Assembly: GCA_051294905.1 (NCBI GenBank)
Contig: CM119372.1
Location: forward strand, 1,178,001 to 1,242,000
DNA from: Botryllus schlosseri
Lineage: Eukaryota
Length of the DNA: 64,000 bases
Direction: 5' to 3'
Each line of letters begins with the position of its first letter. Positions within the stretch are counted from its first letter, which is position 1. The position numbers and the translations under genes were made by a program. Shown piece after piece: positions 52,183 to 64,000 of this stretch. The notes beneath the pieces are model-generated. The model was given only the letters and a program-made list of their open reading frames with translations, was not told where the DNA came from and did no database searches.

Positions 52183-52528
52183 TAGGGTTACCATACGTCC
52201 TCTTTTAAGAGGATTTGTCCCCTTTTTTGACTGTTTTGAAAGTGTCCTCAGAGGACGCCCAAATGTCTTCTTTTTGGGGATTTTGTCATCTTTTTTGAGA
52301 ATTTTGGTCAAATTTACGGCCAAATTCGACTGAAATGCCGTAAATGAGCACCGAAGTAACGCTCTGGCGGGCATTTCGGGAGCTGATCCGGAAAGTTGAC
52401 CCTTTTTTAGTCAACCGACCACGATGTGGGAAAAATTGACCATTTTTCAGGATTTTCCTCCGGTTTTGCAAGTCTGAAAATTTTGAAAAAGTGTCCCTAT
52501 TTCAGATTTTCAAAATATGGTAACCCTA
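52183..52528. mobile_element. hAT-type MITE (TAGGGTTACCAT termini)
   Basis: TSD CTCATACT. Confidence 0.85.
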
Positions 52529-52645
52529 CTCATACTAAGTCAGTTATACGAGATCATAAGTTCGTCTTGATGTTATTCTTAAATGCGAGGACCCATGATG
52601 GCATACGTAGGTGGAGCCAAACATGATCACTTTATCAGTATACAT

Positions 52646-53028
52646 TAGTGCGGAGCATGGACCAGAGCCGGATTGGATATCCGGCCGGATTTTTACAATT
52701 TTGGCCGGACCGGATCGGAGCCGGATCAGTACATTTTCTGTTACGGCCGGAGCCGGATCACTACTTTTTTGATCCGGCCAGAATCTTTATGGATAAGCAT
52801 GACTTTTATACTATATAACTACCAACCAACCACACGTAAGTAACCTCCAAACCAGTGTGAACATAAACGAGGCATATTTATCAATTCACGGAACCTCCGT
52901 ACCGAGTAGGGCCGGATTTCTGGCCGGACTTTTTCATTTTTGGCCGGACCGGATTGGAGCCGGATCAGTACTTTTCCTGATACGGCCGGAGCCGGACCAG
53001 AGAGAATTTGTCGATTCGCTCCGCACTA
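52646..53028. mobile_element. hAT-type MITE (TAGTGCGGAGC termini, CCGGA repeats)
   Basis: TSD GTATACAT. Confidence 0.85.
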
Positions 53029-53316
53029 GTATACATGCATACCCATTTGTGGTGCGTCAGTGACGTGAGGTCAGGGGAGGCAAGTGAGGCAGTGCTCGCC
53101 TGTCTACTAGATTTTAAACATTTTTACTACCAAAATCACGCCACTTGCCTATTTATTGTTAGAAAATAGAGTTCGAAACAGAGGCTAAGGCATTGTGATA
53201 GCGCAATTCATCGTAAATATCATAGAATGTATAATAACTGATATTATTCGAATGTAATTGTCGCTCTGATTCCGATTCGGCTTCTCAATTCTCAAAGTGT
53301 TCGGCGGTATAAAATT

Positions 53317-56300
53317 GAGACGGACTTTCAGCATTCCCGTGGCCACTTACTGGCCACGGATAATTTCGTGGCCGGCCACAGATATTCCGTGGCCGGCCAT
53401 GAAAAGTGTTATTCTGTGGCCGGCCATGGTAATTTTCATGGCCGGCCATGAAATTTCAGTATGGCCGGCCACGAAATTTCCATGGCCGGCCATGTCAAAC
53501 TCATTGTCATGGCCGGCCATGACTAAATTTCATGGCCGGCCATAGCCAAATTTCATGGCCGGCTGCAATATATCAAGTTATATAGTATCGATGATAAGTA
53601 CTGTATGTGGCCCAATCGTGGACAAATGCATGATCAATTATGTTCTATTATGGGCGTACAGTAAATAGAACTAGGTGAGAGCGAGAGTTTAGCTCAGTTT
53701 ATATGCATTTTCACCTGAAATACCAGATGAATAGCGATACAATGAAACGATAGGAAGAAGATGAAGCGATATGTAATAGTCTCTATATATCAATTAAAAA
53801 CACAAAAAATGATGTAAAGAATGCATTAAAAAGGGGGATATCCTCTAAATGAAACAGGAAATAATGGTATAGAAAGCTAGAAGTGATGAAGACATTATCA
53901 AAACTGGTAACTGGTAAGTGTTGATTTATATCTTTTTTATAGAAATATACCTAAATATTCGGCTGACACTCGTCACAGCTAATCGTATGCAACTGCATAG
54001 AATTGGAAAAAACAATGTTTACCAGATATCTGTCAGAAAATCTCTATAAGTTCCCCAAAAGCTGTGAGATTCACATGACATTCTGTGGCCGGCCACAGAA
54101 CAGATCAGAGCTCGCTGTGGCCGGTGCTTCCCCCGTTCTGATATTGATTTTCAACCGTAAGATGTGCAATGTGCATTGTGCAGTTGCAATCGATTGTATA
54201 GTTAGTTTTATTTTGTAAATATGCAAACCGACGATTAAACAATATGATGATGATAATGGCCTTCATTTTTCAACCATGTTTATCGTTTATGATGAGTCTG
54301 CGATGCGAATAAGTAATACATATATATTTGATCATGCCTCAGTTTAATGATGTTTGTAGGGGCAGTTTAAAATCTTTCGTGGATTGCCCTGATGAATTTA
54401 TGAATAATACAATACTGTACTGGGAATTTGTCTTAATTCACTGCCAATTTTCGATTTACGCTTAAGTAGACTCGACTATTACCTCCTTGAATGCATAATC
54501 TGTTCCATCGAGATACTGGATCGGTCAATATGCGGTCATTTTACCTGTTTTCTTGTTTCAATACTAAATACCGTAATGAAAGTACCCGAACGAAACAATT
54601 AGGGAATCAAAGAACCAAGAATATGTGGAAAATACTGTTTCAAGTTCCAGAAAAGCTGTGAAATCCACATAACATTCTGTGGCCGGCCACAGAGCAGCTC
54701 GCTGCTCGCTGTGGCCGGTGCTTCCCCCGATCTGATATGTCTTTCCAACGGTATAGGACATGTAGGCTAGTTGCTAGTTTGTTATCTTTCGTATAGCTGA
54801 ATAGCTGTGAATTTGATAATGCCAGGCTGATACAATCCTTCCTCTCTGTATCAGGTCTATGATAATTCCGCGATATGCGGTTATATACATATTTGATTAT
54901 CGTACTGCTATACAATACATACGACGTTCGAGATCCTCAACATCAATGGAGCTTGCACTCATTTGCACGATGAGAATTGTGTCGATGCATCTAAGAATAT
55001 TTCTATGCTGTAGCAGCACGTGAACTTGACACACTGCAGATGTGCTGTGGATGTAGAATAAAGACAACGATGTAGCCTAACCTGCCGGTAATATTGGTAA
55101 AATGTGGGGCTTTGTTCCCAGAAATTTGATTTTGGTCACGTTTTCGATCCTATATAATTTGTATGTATAATGTATATTGTATATCCACCTAGGTGCCGTT
55201 CTTCCAGGCTGAAGCAAATACGAATGAGATGCATGTCGCAGTCACTAACGATGCCGTGTATGCCAGAGGATACTTGATTACTTGGGTGCAAGGATCGTTT
55301 TGTATCGCATGTCGTTGTTAGATCAAGCTGCTAACCGATGTGGTGGGCTTAGGACGTAAATGTGCCTGCTATATAATTAAATTATTGTTATAATAATAGA
55401 TAACTTCAGATACTTTGCGTCATCTAAGGCAGCAGCATCGATCGATGCGACATCAAATGCAGCGCCATCGATCGACGAAAAAATGCTCATGTCAAGCCTG
55501 CGAATTGACCAATAGGCATGATATATTTGTGGTTGATGCAGGGAACAATGTGCAATTCAGCGAAAAATCTTGATGACACAGACAAGTCCCAATCATTCAT
55601 TATAATTCGACATTTGAATGCAGTACAAATACTTATCGCCGTGCAAAGTGCATCCGATCTCTCGTGCCCCTGGGTGTTTTCTGTGAAAAGCATGTACCGG
55701 ACACATTGCATTCATGCAACTACTTGCATGAATTGTGAATGATTGTAATCATATCTTCAATTGCTACAGATTTTGTGAAATTGGTAACGGAATAAACAAA
55801 CTTTTTGTAGCAAAATATGACGGCTTCTTTATGTAAAAAACGAAGGAGGGGCAGGGAGTCAGTTTATCTACGTTTCCATCGCTAATGGGCTTGGGCGATG
55901 GAGATGCGAAGAAACTGCAAGGCTATCGAGTCTGCACCACGGTTTTATCTTTCACGCAATCCCATTGCGTTGATCGCCTGGCGTGGAAGCTGTGTGGACA
56001 CCAGTTTTAATGTAAAGACGTTTGTCTGACCGAGCAATAAGATGTACGCAGTACGCTCATACATTACTCTATCAAATATATATCTAGATTCTAGAAAGTT
56101 CAAGGAACGTATGTTTCGGTGTTAGTTTACAATGCACCGTCCCAGAGTACTTTTTCAATAGTCAGTGGGAATTAAATTCATTTCTACAGCGAATAGAGAA
56201 GGTAACACGTGTAAAGCCGTGCAAATTTTGAACCCATCCCTAAACTAATCAATAAAGTGGTAATGTAACTTATGTACGTGCGATAAAATAGTGGAAGTCG

Positions 56301-56590
56301 TCTATACAAACCTTGCCACCAGCAAGTTCGTATTGTAAATGACGAAGATCTAGTTGACTATTGTCAAATTGGATGCAAAGGGCGGATTTTGATCCAACTA
56401 GATGTGCCAAAATCACGAACTGGCCATGAACTCGTGGCCGGCCACGATGAATTCTCATGGCCGGCCATGAAATTCACTGTGGCCGGCCACGAGACAACGC
56501 ATTTTCATGGCCGGCCACGAGAAATTCGTGGCCGGCCACAAAAAAATCTGTGGCCAGTAAGTGGCCACGGGAAAGCTGAGACCCCTACTG
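53317..56590. mobile_element. 3.3-kb TIR element with subterminal TGGCCGGCCA arrays
   Basis: Inverted ends TCAGC(A/T)TTCCCGTGGCCACTTACTGGCCAC, 8-bp flanking repeat ATAAAATT; the outermost left bases are degenerate. Confidence 0.72.
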
Positions 56591-57253
56591 ATAAAATTTG
56601 CGCAACACGCCTACATTTTAACAGCGACTACAAAGCTACGTTATCAATCAAGAAAGTGGATAGCTATGGCGTAGTTTGTAATTTGAATTTGTGATTGTGA
56701 ATGTCACTTCCACGGCATTTCATTTCTCGCCGGAGATCAGAAATACAATGTATATTTGAAAACTGCATTGTGATACAGGCGCCGCCATGTCTCCTTAGTC
56801 TCTTTGATCAATGAATGCATCGTGCAATTGAAGATTTCGTATCGGGTACATCGAATTTGCGAGTGATATTGGTTGCCGGCGCGACAGCAACTTAAATTTG
56901 AGGATTTTGAAAAGAGGTTCCGAACCCCTAACGCTGAATACGTCACTGTATTAACCTCTCAAATACATTTTTGTGCTGCCACAAGAGTAATTATACTGCT
57001 CGTGCTGAAGATTTAATAACAAGTTGCCGTAATATTGGTAAATTAGGCACAGAAATAAAAATTTTGCAAAGAGCCATATCTTATGCCCAAAAGAGCCATA
57101 GGTTCCCGACCACTGCTCTAATCCGTTATAGTTATTCAGCTTAACTCAAGTATGATCACAATGCCATTGCTGTTATTTGATGTGCCGCTTCCCTCCGTAC
57201 TATGCCGATGTGCATCCTGAGCTGTAGGCTAGACTCGGTTATCGGTTACTCAC

Positions 57254-57311
57254 TTTCAGATGACTGCAATAAAATGTAAAGTAGATGCGCAAATGTCAGG
57301 CTTGCTCTCAT
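57254..57311 (-). CDS. Receptor-like gene, exon 1: signal peptide
   Basis: ATG at 57311, MRASLTFAHLLYILLQSSE then A|gtgagt; phase 1 matches exon 2. Confidence 0.6.
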
Positions 57312-57823
57312 TGTAGTGCTTTTCCCACAGTCAGATACGCATTTCGTTGTGAGGCTTTCTGTTGAAAAGTTACGAAACTCGACTGCAGTGCCTAACAGAT
57401 GAATGACGATCGAGCCAGGTACAGGGAGACACTCTTTATCTGACGAACTGAACAATGAACATTTTAGGCTAATATTCCAGCACCGAGCATGAACATTACA
57501 GAAACTGGCTAGAGTCACGAAACTATCGAATGAACATGATGATCCTTGTATGGAAAGTCAAATATGTTTTTATGAACACAAACAAGAGTTAGTCATAACC
57601 CGAACAAGCCTCGCATCGCCACGGAAATAGGCCTGTACTACACGACGAAAGTCCACGTATATCACGTCGTCAGAATATACACCTATATTAATGGCTTGCT
57701 GAGCGATTCAAGTAAGTTTACCAAAAGTCCTCCTTTTTCGGGTTTTTGAAAATGTCCTCCGAGGACGCTTAAATGTCCTCCATTTCGGCAATTCGTCCTC
57801 CTTTACAGCTTCTACAGCTAGGG

Positions 57824-59338
57824 CAATGGTTGTCAACCTTTTTAGACTTGCGGCACCCTCTCCAAATGGAAAATAGTTCGCGGCACACTAGCACATTTTT
57901 TTTTGGGGGGGGGGGGGGGGGGGGGTTATTTATGGTGTTGGTCGACTACTATGGTCATTTACACCAGGCCGATATTCTTCTTATTTTCCGGAACTGCCGA
58001 CTTATAGCACGGTCTACCTAGGCTTTTGTCAGACCCCGCTGACGCGGATGAGGTGGCGAGGAGGAGCTTAGGTAAACCTCCAACACTTAGGTATCGGAAT
58101 TCTGAAGTCGACCTCGGTCGGACTCGAAACCGCACCCATTGGTGTTGCAGCCGCGGATTATACCACTGTGCTATCTCGCCACACTAGCACATAGTGGTTT
58201 TGAAATAGCTCGGCTGTTTGTCAGGCAAGTGCCTATACTTTTTGAAATGTTCCTTTTCAGGCAGCATAGCTTCATTTGACATTTTGCATGATAGAAAAGG
58301 CTATCTGGTACAGGTTGCAATTCACCATCACACCAGATGATGCCCTTATTTAGATAACTGTTGCAATGTATGCGTGCTCTACAGCTTCCTTTTCTAATGT
58401 ACCTCCACTTCCCAAATCTAGTTTCTTTACTGCAATGATAATCACCACTTGTATTCCTTTCTTTATAAATAAAATATCCATTTTAATATTTCTAAAAGTA
58501 AATATTTGTAAGCAAAGCGTCGCACATATTGATTACTAAGCCCTGATAAATAGTCGCCGCAATCCTCGGGCCAGAATATCGTTCCTTCGTGATTACGACA
58601 AGCAGGGTGTATTCAGACGAAAAAAATGGGTCATTTTGAATTAGTAACGATTTACGACGTCACAGAAATTTCGAACTGCGCTTGGATACTATTTCATAAG
58701 ATTTGTTTGACAAACTCTGAACTCTTCTGCATTATCGATGTAACTAGCTACGGACGCCAAACGCATTTCCACGCAGATCGTGTAGCACACGTGAGGGTGG
58801 CCATAGACCACGATAGCTCTAGTGTCAGTCACCCGCAGTACAATTATAGCTCCAAGCTTCCAGCAAACCTGGATAATAACTTATGCGGTCAGGAAATTTG
58901 TTAACTGATACAATTTGACTAGCTACACTTCTCAGTCTCAAATTCGTCGCCTGTATAACATAACGTTGCGCTACAGGCCTATATTTTAATGGCAGTGCTG
59001 GTACGCTGCATAACAAGGACTTGAAAATTGCATTGTCACACAGGCACCGCCAAGTCTGCTCTTCTCCGAGATAAATCAATAACGTATTGTGGAAAATTTA
59101 ATTCAGCCGTTAAAGCACGCGATATGTCGGATAAAGCGAATTAGCAGGGATATTGATTGCCTGCATGACAGCAATTTTGATTTGACAAATATACAAACTG
59201 CAAATCGAGCCCATCAATTTAGATTAATGATTGTAATTTTGCGTATAATTTCCAAATTTCGAAGAAATCTCTCGCGGCACACTTGCGAGACGCAAATGGC
59301 ACACTTTTGTGCCGCGGCACACCGGTTGAGAACCACTG
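57824..59338. mobile_element. hAT (Charlie-like) non-autonomous element
   Basis: CAATGGTTGTCAACC / GGTTGAGAACCACTG termini, TSD AGCTAGGG. Confidence 0.8.
57897..58180 (-). mobile_element. Full-length tRNA-derived SINE
   Basis: A-box TAGCACAGTGG, B-box GTTTCGAGTCC, C-run plus A tail, 12-bp TSD ACACTAGCACAT (57885-57896 and 58181-58192). Confidence 0.8.
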
Positions 59339-59581
59339 AGCTAGGGTAATGGACAGATTCGAGTGAAAATGGGGCATAAATGACGCTAAATAGCAATTAC
59401 GGACGTTCCAGCGGGCCATTCGAGACTTGAGCAAGAAAGCGGACCTTTCTAATTTTAGCCAACTCCACAAATTTTCCAGCAAAAATTGCAAGATCGGCAG
59501 TTTTCAGTTTTGATCAACTAACTTTTCTGATTTGGTAAAAGCGTCCTCCTTTCCCGATTCCAAAATATGGTAACCCTAGAC

Positions 59582-59955
59582 CAGTGGTTCCCAACCTTTT
59601 TCGACCCATCGCCCCCTTTTCAAGGTCAACACCGATCATAGCCCCCCAAATTTTGTGTACCGAAAATTGGGCATACAAACTGTAATCACCGGCCGGTTGA
59701 CTAAAAAAAATGGTCAAATTTTCGGCTCGATGTCTAATTCGACACACTTTTGTAACTAAATTTCCGTGGGTTGACTAAAAAAAAAGGTCAGCCGTTTTGA
59801 CGCGTCATCGCCCCCCTATCGCCCCCTTCGCTATTTTCGCCACCCGTCGCCCCCTTTGTCCATTTTCGCCCCCTGTCGCCCCCTTCGTCATTTTCGCCCC
59901 CTAGACCGCCAAATCGCCCCCTGGGGAGCGATATCGCCCACGTTGGGAACCACTG
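59582..59955. mobile_element. hAT (Charlie-like) MITE with TCGCCCC repeats
   Basis: CAGTGGTTCCCAAC TIRs, CCCTAG-containing flanks. Confidence 0.8.
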
Positions 59956-60789
59956 CCCTAGGTCCCTAGATTCAACCAACTTCGGAAAATCATTAAACTT
60001 AATGATCAGTAACGTTATCAGTTTATTAATAATTTCATCATATCAAGGCACCACAAAGACTGCGATAAAACATGGGAGAATGTCGAAACGACTTGAAATC
60101 ACACCGGGCCTACCGGGCCTAGGCGATGTAAATAAGGGGCATGCACATTGCACGTACTGGATGCAAAGAAATGTGGGATAACATAACACGACTAGTGATG
60201 AAAATGAATGACGCATGTGTCGATAGGCGAGGCTGATACGTCAAGTCGAGGTTCAGTAATCTTGAAGGCCGACTCCTACGTAGCTACACAGTGTTAGATC
60301 ACATCATCAAGATATACAATTCGTAAGCTACAGTCGCTCATCACGGTATGCAACACCGTTAAAATCTACACCAATACTCTTACACAGACCTATAACGGTT
60401 TTTGAGGAAGAAGAAAATGCCTTTCTAAACCCATTGCTATCAGTGTGGGTGCAGAGGTGGTCAAAGTAATCAAGAAAGTTACTCAAGTAGAAGTAGAAGT
60501 AGCGACGAAAAAATCTACTCAAGTTCGAGTACAAGTAATTCTTTCATAAGCAACCTAAAACTACTTGAAGTAGAAGTAGAATTGACTGACTTTAAATCTA
60601 CTTATGTAAGTAAGTAGTTGTGAAAACGATCGTCAAAAGCTGCAAATTGAGGTATGCTTAAGGTGCAGAGCTTGATTCATATTGATACATACCAGGAGGT
60701 ATAAATTTTCGACACCACAAGCGTTCGTCCCATCACGGGATGAAAATGATAGTATTGATAAGAAAATGCGATACTAATCCTGTGTTTAC

Positions 60790-61748
60790 TAGGGATGGTG
60801 TGAACGTGAGGTTCACGTTCGCGTTCTGTGTGTGAACCTCGGAAATTTAGAGGTTCGCGTTCACAACAGAACCTTGGTAGGTTCTGCACTGTGAACCTTT
60901 TTCATATATTACACCATTACAAACTCTATGCATGGTGTTGGCAGCATTAAAAATCAACACTAAACGAGCATGCACCTTGACAATTTCAAAAGTCTTACTT
61001 GCTTTGTTACAAAAGTTTGTTCGCAATATCCAGCTATCCGTTTGTGAACATTTAATCACTCTCTGTTGTGAGTTTGACCCGCAATCACACAACATCATGA
61101 GCGAAATACGTGGTCAGCGAATGATTCTTATTCAACCAATCAATGAGATTGATATCGTTTTCTGATGAAACATAATCTTGCAGGCGTACGGGGTCAATCT
61201 TGACTCCATATCTTTACTGCATCATTAAAACTAAATCCGTGCAATTGAGGTGTTGGCTACTGCTGTATAGTGTATAACTTGTTAATGCGATAATATTTAA
61301 AGCAAGTATAGAAAGCCGTTTTACACTCAGCTCAATATCAATGTAGCGATACTCAGACGCCGAATCCATTGTCCGGTCTGGTCTAGACCGTTGAGGCGTA
61401 AGCTTATATTCCCTGGTAAGTCTTCGTCGAAATTGTTGGCAAAGCGACGGAAGAATGATTTTATGGGAGTATTATATCCTTTAATTGCCTCAGTTGATAC
61501 ATTTGGCGACGTTTAAAACGCCAATATGTACTTTGGCATTGTGCCATTATGTGACACGAGTCGTCGCTAAGTATCGTGTATATAATTGTACATAAATATA
61601 GGCTATCACTTCATTGAAAGTTAGGGCTGGAATTAGTAATATGACGTCACGTGACGTCATGAGGTTCACGTTCGTGTTCACACAGAACCTTTCAAGAAGG
61701 TTCGCGTTCACACGAACCTGAACCTTTCAGAGGTTCACACCATCCCTA
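60790..61748. mobile_element. hAT-type non-autonomous element (TAGGGATGGTGTGAAC termini)
   Basis: TIR, TSD GTGTTTAC; homologous to 48049-49051. Confidence 0.9.
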
Positions 61749-62662
61749 GTGTTTACTCGAACAGTCCGTTTCAGAGGGTGTCTGATCTTAACACTACTAC
61801 TTGTCGTTTCGGCATCTCCCTATCATCCATTGTATTGCAGTCTTGTGATGCATTGAAGTGATGAAATTTTATGAATAAACTTGAACTTGAATTTGCTAAT
61901 AAGGTTGGACTGATTTTTGCAAAAACATATGGTTATAATGTGTCATGTGCGTCAAATCATAGTGTCCTATATATGGCGTGGACACAAGCAAGTGTCCCGC
62001 GGCTCATTGAAATTGGTCTACATTACACTTTCCATTTAGTCAAAGGCAATTTGATGGTACATTGTGACCGGCTTGCCGAACATTAAGTTGGATAAATCAT
62101 TTGGCGAGCCATGAAAAATCATCTCGCGTGCCACAAATGGCGGGTTAGGGTTGCCGACCCCTAATCGCTGGTTGATTGATCGTCCGGCTAGTTAGAAAAC
62201 TCAATGTTGCATAACGATTAACCATGAACATCTACGGAGAACGCTGGTGACGATTTTCGATTAAATGTAGACTACCATACGACCGCTAACGACGTGACCA
62301 CATATTCATAAATCAGACTTTGATGCACAGACAGAGCTTTTAATGTACCGATGCTCCGAATCAGTTTCCCGTAGTCCATGGCACACGCATCTACTCTCAG
62401 CGCCTTCCAATTTGTAGCTAGCTCCCCTTCTAGGTTGCAAACACCCCTATAGATTTTATTACTCGTCGACAATTGGTACAAGCTTAAAATTGTATCATAT
62501 GGATTGTGTATCGAAGAATCGCATCATATAAATATGTTTCTGAGGTTTTATATTCCATCATCTATTTGGCTGATGTAGTTTAGCAGTTATACGTATTTGA
62601 ACAGCTTCTTTGAGGTACAGAACTTCAATATACAATTGAATAGTATATTCATATTAAAATGA

Positions 62663-62696
62663 ACCCGAATATTTTCGGCTGACACTCGTCAGGGGT
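62663..62696 (-). ncRNA. Minimal type I hammerhead ribozyme motif
   Basis: Identical in sequence to the 45950-45983 motif, on the minus strand. Confidence 0.7.
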
Positions 62697-63044
62697 AATC
62701 GTCAGCAACTAGTAGAGAATTCGAAAGAACAGCGTATATCAACAATCGTAACACAAAATATGACGTCACCAGCACGAAATGTCGAATACGAGAGCGTTCA
62801 ATGTACTATTTTTAGATGATACACGAACTCTTTTTGTTGACACAGCCTTGGCTTGGAGCTTGGAGTCGACTTTTATCAAAATACTCCAGCCAAGGCTGTG
62901 TCAACAAAAAGAGTTCGTGTATCATCTAAAAATAGTACATTGAACGCTCTCGTATTCGACATTTCGTGCTGGTGACGTCATATTTTGTGTTACGATTGTT
63001 GATATACGCTGTTCTTTCGAATTCTCTACTAGTTGCTGACGATT

Positions 63045-63078
63045 ATCCCTGACGAGTGTCAGCCGAAAATATTCGGGT
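63045..63078 (+). ncRNA. Minimal type I hammerhead ribozyme motif
   Basis: AUCC-CUGACGA-GUGUCAGCC-GAAA-AUAUUC-GGGU; the single change gives a U-G wobble in stem I. Confidence 0.68.
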
Positions 63079-64000
63079 TCATTTTAATATGAATATACTA
63101 TTCAAGTTATACGTATATACAGAAGCCGTGCAACACCCCATTGAAGCTATAAATAACTCGCCATTCATTACTCGATCCGACTTAATAGCGACTCAATCAT
63201 CATGTAGAATGCCCCGCACTTCGATATGACTTTGTGCCTGGACTTGAGACACCTCCAAAAACGAGCGACATGACTCGAGTCAAAACGTGTAATGAAAATC
63301 TCCGTGATCCCAACGCTGTCTACTTTGGAAAAGCTGAAAAATTTCTAGTTGTCATATTGCAATCAACAAGGCGCGGGCTGTCTACGTTCTACAATGCCCG
63401 ATGATTTGCGAGTCACAGGTTGTAGATGCACATTGCACACCCAGTGTAGCCAGCTTGATTGTACGTCCGCCCGATTTACATAAATCTTCTCAATTCCTTT
63501 CCAACTTAGCTTCAACACGTCCCTAGTCAGATTGTAACAACGACATCGCACAACATAACCGTTGTTTATAAACCGCGCATCAGAATGTGACAGTACACCA
63601 GCAAATCGTTGAGACATCGCAGAATAGCGACCAAATATACAAAATCGTAACGGTTATCGTTGTGGTCGCAACATTTCAGGTCAAAATGAAATTTTCACCT
63701 CAGAACAGAGTTGGAATCACCATGAAATGCAAACGATTAAAATCAAATAGGTATTTGCACAAATGAATTATACATTCTCAAGATTAGTTCGCAAAATCCA
63801 GTTTCTAACTAGGAGCATCAGAACACATTTTCGATTACCAAAGCTGACATGTTGTAACCTGTGAGCCGAACATTTGCAGACAATCCTTCGGTTCAGGAAG
63901 CTACTTTTATACTGATCTAAAGGAATACATGGAGAGAGAATATTCTCATTGTACAATATGCGAGAAAAAACGTTCCTTTTTGACAGTAATAGAGCTGCAT

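Larger units (their letters stand above)
62597..63104 (-). mobile_element. Young palindromic Penelope-like non-autonomous element
   Basis: Near-perfect ~225-bp inverted arms, ~40-nt tail on the left only, 12-bp TSD AGTTATACGTAT. Confidence 0.78.

Noticed and set aside
53370..53563. Regularly spaced palindromic repeats resembling a CRISPR array
   Set aside because: Repeats are 10 bp with short related spacers, mirrored at 56434-56539 as transposon subtermini; the context is eukaryotic and there are no cas genes.
58105..58180. tRNA gene
   Set aside because: A and B boxes are present but there is no convincing cloverleaf, and it continues into a SINE body with tail and TSD. The same applies near 14300-14369 and 44440-44508.
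63363..63617. 84-aa minus-strand ORF as an exon of a further gene
   Set aside because: No recognisable domain and no convincing splice-site pair; cannot be supported.

Overview
Eukaryotic, intron-rich and transposon-dense DNA, probably from an invertebrate animal; a tunicate or other marine deuterostome is my inference only. Three host genes can be reconstructed by hand. (1) The 3' half of an hnRNP A/B-family gene (+, 1176-~11400) with the RRM2 end, a Gly-rich domain, an M9/PY-NLS and a 3'-UTR intron; it hosts three intronic SNORD31/U31-type C/D snoRNAs. (2) An intact, intronless ING4/5 gene (-, 24255-24977). (3) A 7-exon type-I membrane protein gene (-, 57311-43966) with signal peptide, divergent CUB-like domain, TIL domain, TM helix and a tail with two ITIM-consensus motifs. 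Most other sequence is nested mobile DNA: hAT-type MITEs with 8-bp TSDs, P/Galileo-like foldbacks, CR1/L2-type LINE relics and tRNA-derived SINEs. Two families stand out. One is palindromic with asymmetric arms, 12-13 bp TSDs and a minimal hammerhead ribozyme motif in each arm, the signature of Penelope-like pLTRs. The other is a TIR transposon carrying head-to-head degenerate TTAGGG/CCCTAA arrays. All coordinates were read by eye and no database searches were run.
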